Shown piece after piece: positions 9,281 to 19,912 of a DNA stretch of 64,000 nucleotides. Source of the DNA: Microgenomates group bacterium (GTDB lineage Bacteria; Patescibacteriota; Microgenomatia; UBA10105; UBA927); contig JBAQFJ010000001.1 of the NCBI GenBank assembly GCA_049287205.1, positions 191,041-255,040 on the forward strand, written 5' to 3'. The notes under the pieces were generated by a model, which saw nothing but the letters and a program-made list of their open reading frames with translations, was not told the DNA's origin and did no database searches. The translations under genes were made by a program, and so were the position numbers. The stretch's first letter is position 1; every line of letters starts with the position of its first letter.

Positions 9281-10975
9281 TTATTTTGTAATAAGATAGT
9301 TATTTATGATGAGACAGTGCATTGGAGTTTTTAAGAAATCTTCAATTGCTTGACGCGGTGTTTCGACAATCGGTTCTCCCTGAAGATTAAAACTGGTGTT
9401 CATAATGCAATCAATATGCGTTTTTTTTGCATACGTTTTTAACAGGTGATAATATCTTCCATTCTCTGGGGAAACAGTTTGTATGCGGCAGGATTCATCC
9501 TGATGCACAATCGCTGCAAGCGCGTCCTGTTTTTGTTTTTTTACCTGAAAACAGAAATTCATAAATGGACTGCCATGTTTTTTCTGTGGCACGTCAAAAT
9601 AGTCATGAATAGTTTCTTGCAGTGCAGATCCCGCAAAAGGCCTAAATTGTTCTCGATGTTTGATAATATTCATTTTTGTTTTCATTGATCTCGGATTGGT
9701 TGCGGAAAGAATTGATCTATTGCCAAGCGCACGTGGTCCAAATTCCATAGCTCCCTGAAACCATCCGATTATTTTTTTGCTTGCAAGCAAGTTCACTGCT
9801 TTTTTTAGCAAAATTTTTTCATCGGTTATTTTTTGATAGGAAAGGCCAGGGAATTGAGAAAGTATACGTTCAATATCTTCATCACTCGGACTCGTGCCGA
9901 GTGCAAGGGTTGGAAGCGGCAGGTGATGGATTGTCGTTGACCCAAAAAAATTGTAATACACATAGAGTGCGGCGCCAATAGCTGTTCCGCTGTCACTGGA
10001 ACTTCCCAATATATGAATTTTTTTGAATGGTGTACGCGCATAGAGTTTTCCGTTTGCAAGTGCATTTAAGGCAACGCCGCCGCTCATACAAAGATTTTTT
10101 TCTTTGGTTAGCGTTGAAAGATGGTTCAGCATGGAAATTAAGAGTTCTTCCGTCACTTTTTGTACGCTCGCTGCGATATCTTTGTGTCGTTTTTCAACAA
10201 CGTCGTGTGGTTTTCTTGGGGTTCCCAACAATTTTTCAAATTTTTTATTCCACATGCAAAAGGACGTTTGAAAACCAAAATAGCGCATATCCAATTTGAA
10301 GCTTCCGTCAGGTTTCACATCAATCAATGTTCGTATTTGTTCTTCATATACAGGTTTGCCATACGCAGCAAGCCCCATGACCTTATATTCATCTTCATTT
10401 ATTTTGAATCCTAAGAAGGCAGTAACCGTGGAATACAAAAGACCTACGGAATTGGGAAAATCAATGGATGCAAGATGCGTTATGGTATTGTTTTTCCCTG
10501 ACCATAATCCCGTGGTTTCGTATTCTCCTACGCCGTCAATAGTAAGAATTGCAGCGTGAGCAAACGGAGAAGTAAAAAACGAAGATGCTGCATGGGAAAG
10601 GTGATGGGGAACGTACATGATTTGTTTTGTAAAATGCAGGTCTTTCCGTATGACGTGTTCGACATTGATCTTTGTACTTAACCAATCGGGTATTGCTTGA
10701 AGAAATGGACGGAGTGCATAGGGATAGGTGGTTACAAACGTTTCTAGCAGCCGTTCAAATTTTAGCAGTGGTTTTTCGTAGTATGCAATGACATTGATAT
10801 CGTCAATCGTGTAGTTTGCAAGCTGCAACAACCGTGTTATAGCTTGACGAGGAAATTGATTATCGTGTTTGATTCTGGTGAATCGTTCTTCTTCCAGTGC
10901 GGCGATGACCTTGCCATCAACAATCAGTGCTGCTGCGCTGTCATGATAAAACGCTGATATGCCAAGAATGATCAT
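9281..10975 (-). CDS. NodU/CmcH-family carbamoyltransferase
   Basis: The N-terminus IILGISAFYHDSAAALIVDGKVIAALEEERFTRIKHD is the hallmark of the NodU/CmcH/TobZ carbamoyltransferase family. Length is 564 aa. Confidence 0.9.
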   Translation of the reverse strand: MIILGISAFYHDSAAALIVDGKVIAALEEERFTRIKHDNQFPRQAITRLLQLANYTIDDINVIAYYEKPLLKFERLLETFVTTYPYALRPFLQAIPDWLSTKINVEHVIRKDLHFTKQIMYVPHHLSHAASSFFTSPFAHAAILTIDGVGEYETTGLWSGKNNTITHLASIDFPNSVGLLYSTVTAFLGFKINEDEYKVMGLAAYGKPVYEEQIRTLIDVKPDGSFKLDMRYFGFQTSFCMWNKKFEKLLGTPRKPHDVVEKRHKDIAASVQKVTEELLISMLNHLSTLTKEKNLCMSGGVALNALANGKLYARTPFKKIHILGSSSDSGTAIGAALYVYYNFFGSTTIHHLPLPTLALGTSPSDEDIERILSQFPGLSYQKITDEKILLKKAVNLLASKKIIGWFQGAMEFGPRALGNRSILSATNPRSMKTKMNIIKHREQFRPFAGSALQETIHDYFDVPQKKHGSPFMNFCFQVKKQKQDALAAIVHQDESCRIQTVSPENGRYYHLLKTYAKKTHIDCIMNTSFNLQGEPIVETPRQAIEDFLKTPMHCLIINNYLITK

Positions 10976-10978
10976 AAA

Positions 10979-11167
10979 TCAATACGGCGATGAAAAATAC
11001 TGTTTCGGTAGTTTTTTTAGATCCGGTATACGCCAGTAACTGTTGACGGTTACTCGTGGGTGTTTGGTTGTTTTATGAATAATCCATGCCAGAGGGATTA
11101 TGAAGATGTAGAACATGCCGACAATGAGTGAAATAAACACTGCATTTATTTTTTTTACCAGTTTCAT
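10979..11167 (-). CDS. Small membrane protein downstream of the carbamoyltransferase
   Basis: MKLVKKINAVFISLIVGMFYIFIIPLAWIIHK... has one TM segment. The stop is 3 nt from the carbamoyltransferase start. Confidence 0.45.
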   Translation of the reverse strand: MKLVKKINAVFISLIVGMFYIFIIPLAWIIHKTTKHPRVTVNSYWRIPDLKKLPKQYFSSPY

Positions 11168-11369
11168 AAAATTGGATAGAGGAAGACAGGCAGCGGGCTT
11201 ATTTGTGCGCTGATAACAAGAAGCGCGATGATAATAAGAAAAAGGACAACTGGGATAATCCAAATTTTTTTGGAGTGTGTCGCTAAGATAAAGAGCTGCT
11301 TAATTGTTTGAAACATATAGCTCGATTCTATCTGAATTATGTATACTTGTAAATTGCATTGTTCTAGTA

Positions 11370-13337
11370 TTATGGATTAACTATTTTTATTATGTACATG
11401 GGGACAGATTCAAAATCTATTGTTGCAAATAACTGATACGTTGTTGGCATTTGCAGCACTTTTTGTATGAGTTCGCTATGCTCTTGAACAAAAAGATACT
11501 GAATATTATGTTTCACTATGTATTGATGCATGGCTTGAATTGTGTGTTCATCTGTTTTGTCAAAAGGTATTGTGAATAAATAGACATTGTTCCATTGATT
11601 GGTATTGGACGCAAAAAGCTGATAGTCGGGGGCGTTGAATGGTTCAATAACCAATATATTAGAATGGCTAGGAATTGTCGGTAACAGATTTTTATACGGA
11701 TTTTCTTGAAGACGCATGGCGTGTATCATTTCAATAGTTGGGGTGTGTGTCCATATATATATCGATCGCATTGTGGTTGTGAAAAGGGGCACTGATAGCA
11801 AAAGAATTCCGATGCTGAAAATGGTACTACTATATCGATATACTCGAGTGTCAATGTATGTAAATAGTCGATAACAAAAAAGCAGCATTACTGCAAATAC
11901 ACCGATGAGATGTTTATATGGAACTCCTGATTGATCTTCCCATCGTATGAGATACATCTGGATCAGTGTGATGCTCGTGAGTCCAAGCAGCAGGAGTTGA
12001 TTGGTGGAAAGCGGTTTTTTCTTTATGATGAGGGAATACAAGTCAGCGAGTGACAGAAAGATAAGAAAAAACCAAATTATGCCGCCAAATCCAAAATTTT
12101 TGTCTGGATCAGTTACGCCGTATTGAAACGTTCCTATCCAATTTTCTGTATCTTCTTTGTCCAATGGTGTATCTGCTCCAACAAAAGAAATAATTTTTTG
12201 CATTGTTGTATCAATGAATGGAAAACACGTATTGGTGTAACAGGGAAGTCTGAGAAAAAGAAATGGCAACCGTAGAGTATGTATATAGAGTTGTTTGAAA
12301 GATGTGGAAGCGGTATGAATGGCTGTGAATGGTTTTGAACCTCCCGGTGATCCATACAATTGATAATTTTGGTGGAGCAATAAAAGATATCCTGATAAAA
12401 CGAAGCTCATCAAAAACCCTGCGAGGACAATAGGTATGCGTTTTATGAATTTTTTTCTTAGTAACAGGAGTAAAAGCAAAGTATAAAACCATCCTGTAGG
12501 TTTTATAATTGGGAGGATTCCAAAGCTAAAACCTAAGTACCACCAGAATTGTCGCGTTGTTTTTTGTTCAGCATGGAATGCATGGATGACTGTGTATACA
12601 CAACTTAGTAATATGACTCCGAGCCACATTTCTTGAATAAGAATCATAGATGCATGTCTAAAAATGATTGGAGCTGTGACAAATAGCATTCCTGTTAGAA
12701 GTCTATGTATTTTATTTTTTGTAAATAGCGAGCCGATAACATAGAGTAAGATGGTGATGATAGGAAATGCTGTCCAATAAAGAATATTTGTTATGCGCTC
12801 TCCAGCCTGGAACAGGTTTGGCCACATACATAGTACGCCAGTGCCATAGAGGAAAATGTTTTTATGCTCCCTAGCTGATGGAAAACGAAATATACTTTTT
12901 TGCTCTATCCAATAGAGTGGAGTTGAAGCACGATATACGACGTCATCAAACGACAGAGTTGGTGTTGTTGCACGTAATAGGAAAGACAACAGGAGGAAAA
13001 ATCCGATAAATATCAATAGTATGATGATGTATCCGGATCGTTTTTGTTTTTTTACATGAGCGGCAATGTTTAACACTGCCTGTTTTATTTGCTTTGTCGA
13101 TATTCGATGTTTTGGAAAAAAGATGTACGTGCAGCTAAAAATGAAGCACTGAAGTATGAGGAAATTTGCTCCGGTAAGTTGTTGGGGAAACGACAATAAA
13201 GTTGATAGTGCAGTGAGGTAAAAAAACAATGCCGGAAAAAAAGCAATAAAGAGAAAAGTGGATCTGTAGCCAATGATGTGCAGCCAAGGAAGGATGGTAC
13301 ACACCAAAAGGAAAAAACTTATAAAGAAGCCGATCAT
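11370..13337 (-). CDS. Polytopic membrane protein, GT-C (ArnT/PMT-like) glycosyltransferase candidate
   Basis: Many TM helices; FDDVVY in the first loop resembles the DE-x-RY motif. Start moved to 13337 (MIGFFISFF...) because the sigma70 promoter at 13378-13406 and the hairpin at 13459-13475 occupy the 13338-13466 extension. Confidence 0.7.
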   Translation of the reverse strand: MIGFFISFFLLVCTILPWLHIIGYRSTFLFIAFFPALFFYLTALSTLLSFPQQLTGANFLILQCFIFSCTYIFFPKHRISTKQIKQAVLNIAAHVKKQKRSGYIIILLIFIGFFLLLSFLLRATTPTLSFDDVVYRASTPLYWIEQKSIFRFPSAREHKNIFLYGTGVLCMWPNLFQAGERITNILYWTAFPIITILLYVIGSLFTKNKIHRLLTGMLFVTAPIIFRHASMILIQEMWLGVILLSCVYTVIHAFHAEQKTTRQFWWYLGFSFGILPIIKPTGWFYTLLLLLLLRKKFIKRIPIVLAGFLMSFVLSGYLLLLHQNYQLYGSPGGSKPFTAIHTASTSFKQLYIHTLRLPFLFLRLPCYTNTCFPFIDTTMQKIISFVGADTPLDKEDTENWIGTFQYGVTDPDKNFGFGGIIWFFLIFLSLADLYSLIIKKKPLSTNQLLLLGLTSITLIQMYLIRWEDQSGVPYKHLIGVFAVMLLFCYRLFTYIDTRVYRYSSTIFSIGILLLSVPLFTTTMRSIYIWTHTPTIEMIHAMRLQENPYKNLLPTIPSHSNILVIEPFNAPDYQLFASNTNQWNNVYLFTIPFDKTDEHTIQAMHQYIVKHNIQYLFVQEHSELIQKVLQMPTTYQLFATIDFESVPMYIIKIVNP

Positions 13338-13377
13338 ATCTTTATTTATATCATAGAAATCTTGGAGACATTGGGGA

Positions 13378-13406
13378 TTGACGTGGGTCACGGCTTTCCG
13401 TATAAT
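13378..13406 (+). promoter_or_regulatory. Sigma70-type promoter, candidate rrn P1
   Basis: TTGACG, a 17-nt spacer, then TATAAT. Seen directly. Confidence 0.6.
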
Positions 13407-13458
13407 TGACTTTTGCAATGAGAAAGTAAGCCAATTCGCTTCGTGTATCTGGGTTCGA

Positions 13459-13483
13459 CCCCGCACAAGGCGGGGCTTTTTTT
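13459..13483 (+). promoter_or_regulatory. GC hairpin plus U7 in the rRNA leader. It is either a boxB-like element, a leader terminator/attenuator, or the terminator of a short sRNA.
   Basis: Stem ccccgc, loop acaag, stem gcgggg, then c and ttttttt. Seen directly. Confidence 0.5.
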
Positions 13484-13493
13484 CTCTCTTTTT

Positions 13494-13505
13494 TGCTCAT
13501 TAACA
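13494..13505 (+). promoter_or_regulatory. boxA-like antitermination element (TGCTCATTAACA)
   Basis: It matches the rrn boxA consensus TGCTCTTTAACAA at 11 of 12 positions. A possible P2 (TTGCAA, 18 nt, TAAATA) follows at 13509-13538. Confidence 0.55.
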
Positions 13506-13566
13506 TATTTGCAAGCAGTATAGTCAGTACAGTAAATATCTTGGTGAATTAAACGGTGATAGGAAA

Positions 13567-15056
<1,490 letters not shown>

Positions 15057-15248
15057 AATTTAAAATCGAAGATGCGAAGCATACACGAATGAGTAATCAT
15101 TCCACTATATGATGAGCATCGATAGATTTTTACACGCATCTCTTTGAGAGAGTGCGTATATATAAACTATTCTCGAGCAGAATAGTTCTCTCAAAATACC
15201 CATGTTCCTGTCACCGTTTAGTACATCAAGTATTTACTGTTTTTCGTT

Positions 15249-15275
15249 ATCCCGCTTTGCACGCGGGATTTTTTG
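15249..15275 (+). terminator. Intrinsic terminator after the 16S trailer
   Basis: Stem atcccgc, loop tttgcac, stem gcgggat, then tttttt. Confidence 0.7.
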
Positions 15276-15300
15276 TAGACACTTTGTCTATAATAGGAAT

Positions 15301-16338
15301 ATGTTTCGTAAAACAAATTTTTTATCCTGTTTTATTATCATAGGGATTTTGATTTTCTTTATTGTCGTATCTGAATGCATCGTCCGTTTTTTATCTGACA
15401 GACATATAGTGTCGTATTACAAGCCTATTGAACTGGTTAAGCAGCATGAAACAGCGGAGGAATTGCGGTTGAGTAATGTATTTTCAAATGGTGAATCTGA
15501 ATTTGAATATGATCCTTTGTTTTTTTGGCGTCCCAAAAAAAATGTAGGTGTGTTTAATACTTTAGGGATACGAGCTGATTCATCTGGTCTGCAAGAGTCA
15601 GTTAACACATCATGTACGGTCGTCATGTACGGCGATTCAAATACTGTGGGTGCGTTTCAGGGTGGGTACTATGATTCTCCTTGGCCTGAAGAATTGGGGA
15701 AATTACTTCAGAAACACATTCCTGATGTCAGAATATTTAATATGGGGGTCTCAGGTTATTCTTCCTATCAGGGATTGGAAAAATTTCGTCAGGATATTCC
15801 TTTCTTTCATCCGTCACTTGTTTTTGTTGCATTTGGTTGGAATGATGCCGCTCCTAATATGGGAATTTCAGATAAAGAGTTTCATACCATGCTTTCTTCC
15901 TTAGTATCACCGTTAAATAATTTTCGATTGTTTCAAGTAATTAAATACTATTCTGATGCCTTGCTTCAACGATATATCCAGAAAACTGTATCAGACGGAC
16001 CAAGAGTTTCATCTGAAGATTTTAAAAATAATTTAGTTGCGTTTATTCAACTTGCACAACAAAATAATAGTACGATTGTCTTCATAACTCGACCCCACAC
16101 AGATTTTTCAGATTCAGAATATTCCAATTGGCGAGTACGCGTTGTGGAAAATAACGCCATTATTCGTTCTGTTGCCTATGAATACGGCGTCCCGATTATT
16201 GACATGGAAGAAATGTTTCTCAACCAATACAAAAATGAGTTAATCGATGATTGCCATTTTACCCAAAGAGGTCATACGATTGCAGCTCATGAAATATATA
16301 CATTGCTTCAACGTGAACAGTTATCGTGTGGATACTAG
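15301..16338 (+). CDS. Membrane-anchored SGNH/GDSL hydrolase, paralog 4
   Basis: MYGDSNTVG, GWNDA and DDCHFTQRGH (DxxH) are present. There is an N-terminal TM helix. The start is at the internal ATG 15301. Confidence 0.75.
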   Translation: MFRKTNFLSCFIIIGILIFFIVVSECIVRFLSDRHIVSYYKPIELVKQHETAEELRLSNVFSNGESEFEYDPLFFWRPKKNVGVFNTLGIRADSSGLQESVNTSCTVVMYGDSNTVGAFQGGYYDSPWPEELGKLLQKHIPDVRIFNMGVSGYSSYQGLEKFRQDIPFFHPSLVFVAFGWNDAAPNMGISDKEFHTMLSSLVSPLNNFRLFQVIKYYSDALLQRYIQKTVSDGPRVSSEDFKNNLVAFIQLAQQNNSTIVFITRPHTDFSDSEYSNWRVRVVENNAIIRSVAYEYGVPIIDMEEMFLNQYKNELIDDCHFTQRGHTIAAHEIYTLLQREQLSCGY

Positions 16339-16343
16339 TGTTC

Positions 16344-17408
16344 TTACTTGCTGAGCATTGATTTCCATAGGATCGGTTGACCTAAGTTTCCTAAAATGCT
16401 CTGATATGCTTCGCATGGTGTCCAACAATTAGCGCAGCGTTTCATCTGGATTATGTGCAACGCATTGAGCATTTTTTTATCGTTCCACATAGTCATAAGG
16501 TTTCCTTTATTTTTTTTGATGTTTCCTAATGGTTGATTCCACATAGAGCAGGGGAAGATGTTCCCGTATGGGTCAATGAATATTGAACTTGAGAGAGACC
16601 TGCATGAGATTGGGGTTTTTTTGGTTGTAATATATTTTTGAATAAGGCGTTGATAGATTCGTTCAATCCATGCGATTTTTGTCCACGCAAACGGTTTTTT
16701 TTGGTTAAATTCACTGATACTCTTTATCATGGCGGAGCTGAGTGTCAAATGTTTCTCTTCATTTCCATAGTAATGTGATGATTGGTGAGCAATATTAAAA
16801 TGAATATCAGATCGTTTCAACGATGGAATCTCATTTTTTAACTCACGATACGTTTGTTCTATAGTCATAAAATTATAGTTTGAAATAGTCATCCCGAAAT
16901 AACAGTCAAATCGTGATGATCGCAATGCTTTTAGTTGTGTATATGTCGTTATCGCATGTTTCCAATTACCCTTGATACCACGAAGCTGATCATGTAGGCT
17001 TTCGGGACCGTCAAGAGATACAGAAACAAGAAAATGTGGAGGTTTCAGTTCTAGAATTTCTTTCACTTGATTTACTATTCTCTCTGTCAATAAGCCGTTA
17101 GTGGGAAAGTTAAGAAATAGCAGATGTTTTTGTGTCGTTAGAATTGTTTTACAAATAGAAACAAGATCGTTTCGAAGTATCAGTTCTCCTCCTGTCAGAT
17201 TTACCCAAGTAAAGAAGGTATTTTTTTTGAAAAAATCATGTATTTCAGATAATGTAAGTTCCTTCTTATATGGTTTTTTCCAAATGTTGCATATCGTGCA
17301 GCGGGAATTGCATCGATAGGTGATAGCGAAGGTAAGTTTATACGGAGAAGGTAACCGTATGAGGTTAGATTTGAGAATGGTGAAGATGCTATACAATGTA
17401 TTATTCAT
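16344..17408 (-). CDS. Radical SAM protein with a C-terminal SPASM-type Cys-rich domain
   Basis: CNSRCTIC (CxxxCxxC) is near the N-terminus. C-terminal cysteines CRSL...CSMW...CANCWTPCEAY follow. It overlaps the GT-C gene start by 8 nt. Confidence 0.85.
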   Translation of the reverse strand: MNNTLYSIFTILKSNLIRLPSPYKLTFAITYRCNSRCTICNIWKKPYKKELTLSEIHDFFKKNTFFTWVNLTGGELILRNDLVSICKTILTTQKHLLFLNFPTNGLLTERIVNQVKEILELKPPHFLVSVSLDGPESLHDQLRGIKGNWKHAITTYTQLKALRSSRFDCYFGMTISNYNFMTIEQTYRELKNEIPSLKRSDIHFNIAHQSSHYYGNEEKHLTLSSAMIKSISEFNQKKPFAWTKIAWIERIYQRLIQKYITTKKTPISCRSLSSSIFIDPYGNIFPCSMWNQPLGNIKKNKGNLMTMWNDKKMLNALHIIQMKRCANCWTPCEAYQSILGNLGQPILWKSMLSK

Positions 17409-18879
17409 TTGAGCTAATACTATCTTTAGTTATTCGATATAACGTGTGGTAATTATAACGATTTATCATACTATCATACAGAATGATGATTTTTTCTTTA
17501 TGAAGATCCAAAATAGGCGGGTCGTTTGGCTCATCGATATAGGAAGGATCAATAAAAATGATTGGTGATAAATTTTGTTTATTTGCATAATAAAAAACAT
17601 TTCCAAGTTCGATGGTTCCTTCATTGTTGATATTCCAAAAATGCATATTTTCTTTATATAGAGGATTGGAATATTTAAATGATGGTGTGTCCCATTGATA
17701 AAGCCAAGGGAGTGTGACGATTAAAGCGTTGGGATAGTTTGTATGAATATACTCTATCGATTTTGTATATAAGGTTGTTACATGAAATAGATTCAAATCT
17801 GTTTCACCCCAATAATCCATTGGTAGATAATAATAATGCGCTATATGAATGCATATAAATATAGTGCCTATGCATATACTTAGAATAAGTGCTTTTATTT
17901 TCGAGAAAAAAAACATCATCGTTGCACCTGAGACAATAAATAAATATGGATATAGCGGGAGCAAATATCTTGGAACGAACGCGCTAAAAAAATACAAGAG
18001 AACATAGAAGAAAAAAAGAAATAGAAAAAAGAGCAGTGGCATATATCGCTTTTTTTGAAATGGTATTTTTTTAGCTAAAAAAATAACAACATATGTAATA
18101 ATAGTTGGCCATATGAGCCAAATGCCATTAAAAAGAAAAATAAACTGTAGTATGTTTTGTATTGTTATTACAAAGTTTCTGTTAAAACTAAGTAGTCCAA
18201 AGTTGGCAGGATCTAAGTAAAAACTAAAAATCATTTTGTTTAATCCCATCCATATGAGAATTGCGATAAGAGGGAGGCAATACGGAATTGCTTGCCTGAT
18301 TGATTTTGATAGAGAGAAATGGAGTAAAAGCTTTAAGCGATATGCTTCATATAGACAGATAAAAAATGGAATAAATAGAAACGGTTCTTTTGTAAGCACG
18401 AGAAGGGTGGCTGAAATGTAGTACCAAAGTTTATTGTGTGTGAAATATGCATACATGGTCATAAGCAGCAAAAAAGTAAGAATTGAGACGTCGTTAAAAA
18501 AAAAGCTTTGTGACATGAAAAGAGGAAAAATACACAGAAGCACGGTTGCATACAAACCTGTTTTTTTATCAAAAAGCTGTTTCCCTAATAAATACGTGAA
18601 TAGTAGGGATAATGAGGAAAACGTATAAATAATAAGACTTCCGACTGTTAATGACGGACCGAAAAATTTGAATAATAATGCAGATAAAAAAATGAACACG
18701 GGAGGTCTATAGGAGATATACAATGTAAAAGGATTCAAATTATTATTTAACATTTTTAGAGTTGCATCGTAATAAACTGCTTGGTCGTTATATGGAAGTG
18801 TATGCATAAACGGAATACGAAGGAAGAAATTTAATATACAAAGAGCAATAACGAACAGAAGCCATTTATCAATCCTCAT
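17401..18879 (-). CDS. GT-C-fold glycosyltransferase (ArnT/PMT, GT39/83-like)
   Basis: About 12 TM helices. The first loop contains PYNDQAVYYDATLKM. The C-terminal soluble domain is about 130 aa. Confidence 0.75.
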   Translation of the reverse strand: MRIDKWLLFVIALCILNFFLRIPFMHTLPYNDQAVYYDATLKMLNNNLNPFTLYISYRPPVFIFLSALLFKFFGPSLTVGSLIIYTFSSLSLLFTYLLGKQLFDKKTGLYATVLLCIFPLFMSQSFFFNDVSILTFLLLMTMYAYFTHNKLWYYISATLLVLTKEPFLFIPFFICLYEAYRLKLLLHFSLSKSIRQAIPYCLPLIAILIWMGLNKMIFSFYLDPANFGLLSFNRNFVITIQNILQFIFLFNGIWLIWPTIITYVVIFLAKKIPFQKKRYMPLLFFLFLFFFYVLLYFFSAFVPRYLLPLYPYLFIVSGATMMFFFSKIKALILSICIGTIFICIHIAHYYYLPMDYWGETDLNLFHVTTLYTKSIEYIHTNYPNALIVTLPWLYQWDTPSFKYSNPLYKENMHFWNINNEGTIELGNVFYYANKQNLSPIIFIDPSYIDEPNDPPILDLHKEKIIILYDSMINRYNYHTLYRITKDSISSNE

Positions 18880-19011
18880 ATATTCGATGATACCTTTTTA
18901 CAGGTTATATTGATATTGTAGTAATACGTACGTTTATTATGGTTTAAACATATGAAAAAAACAATTCGATTATTACATTATCTTTTTAATAAAGAGGTTG
19001 ATATTTTATAT

Positions 19012-19686
19012 CTAAAAAGTAAGACAATTTTGTAATAAATTCCAAACAAATCGGCTCCACATATTTTTTAAAATAATTTTTGACTTTCCATATTTCCTTT
19101 TTAATTCATGGCTCGCTATTTCATTTACACAAAAGTGCTTATGCAGTGATTTCATAAGCATATCTTGTTCAATAGTGAAAGAATTTTCTTTACAAGAAAT
19201 ATTTTTTGCTACAGAGCAACGAATTGCACGGAATCCATTTTGGGAATCAGTTATTTGTGATTTGTATCTCCAATTGATAATTTGAGTTATTATAGCGCTT
19301 CCAATCATTCTGATAGTTTTTTCAAAATCACCATGTAGTTCATCACTTCCGCCTTTTCCTCGCGATGCTATAACGAGGTCAGCTTGCCCTTGAATAATGG
19401 GTGTAATTAATTTTGGGATGTCTGAGGCTTTGTGTGAACCGTCTGCATCCATCAAAACAATAATATCTCCAGTTGCTTTTTTTATTCCTAGTTGAACTCC
19501 TGCGCCTTTTCCTTTGCCGTTATCCAAAAATACTTGTACTCCATTGGATTTTGCAATAGCGCGTGAATCATCTTTCGAATGTCCATCGATAACCAGAATT
19601 TCGTTAACGTAGGGTTTTGCTTTTGTGATAACTGACGCAAGAGTAGAAGATTCATTTTTACAACAGATGACCAATGTTGTTTTCAT
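19012..19686 (-). CDS. GT2-family polyprenyl-phosphate glycosyltransferase (Dpm1/ArnC-like)
   Basis: VICCKNESSTL, IDGHSKDDS and LMDADGSH (DxD) motifs are present. Confidence 0.85.
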   Translation of the reverse strand: MKTTLVICCKNESSTLASVITKAKPYVNEILVIDGHSKDDSRAIAKSNGVQVFLDNGKGKGAGVQLGIKKATGDIIVLMDADGSHKASDIPKLITPIIQGQADLVIASRGKGGSDELHGDFEKTIRMIGSAIITQIINWRYKSQITDSQNGFRAIRCSVAKNISCKENSFTIEQDMLMKSLHKHFCVNEIASHELKRKYGKSKIILKNMWSRFVWNLLQNCLTF

Positions 19687-19799
19687 AAAAAGTTTTGATT
19701 GTCGTTATCTTATATTATCGCATGGAAAGTATCCATAGTAAGATGGTACAATAGGGAGGCTTGTGGCGGCACGTCAAACGTGCCAGCCGCGTTTGACGC

Positions 19800-19871
19800 G
19801 GCGCGTTGGCGAAGAGGTAACGCGGGAGTCTGCAAAACTTCTATGCGCCGGTTCGATTCCGGCACGCGCCT
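19800..19871 (+). tRNA. tRNA-Cys (GCA)
   Basis: Hand-folded cloverleaf. Acceptor GGCGCGT pairs with ACGCGCC. The anticodon loop CTGCAAA gives anticodon GCA. T-arm is GCCGG, TTCGATT, CCGGC. The U73 discriminator is typical of tRNA-Cys. CCA is not encoded. Confidence 0.85.
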
Positions 19872-19875
19872 CAAA

Positions 19876-19905
19876 AAATACCCCGAAGTTCGGGGTATTT
19901 TTATA
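19876..19905 (+). terminator. Intrinsic terminator after tRNA-Cys
   Basis: Stem ataccccg, loop aagtt, stem cggggtat, then ttttat. Confidence 0.7.
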
Positions 19906-19912
19906 AAGGAAT

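Noticed and set aside
13338-13466. N-terminal 43-aa extension of the GT-C gene (start at 13466)
   Set aside because: The extension would overlap the rRNA promoter, the hairpin and the boxA region, and it is hydrophilic. The first hydrophobic helix starts just after the internal Met, so the start was moved to 13337.
13459-13483. Hairpin plus U7 read as an orphan intrinsic terminator of a stand-alone sRNA
   Set aside because: Not fully rejected. The boxA-like element directly downstream makes an rrn-leader interpretation at least as likely, so it is reported as an ambiguous regulatory feature.
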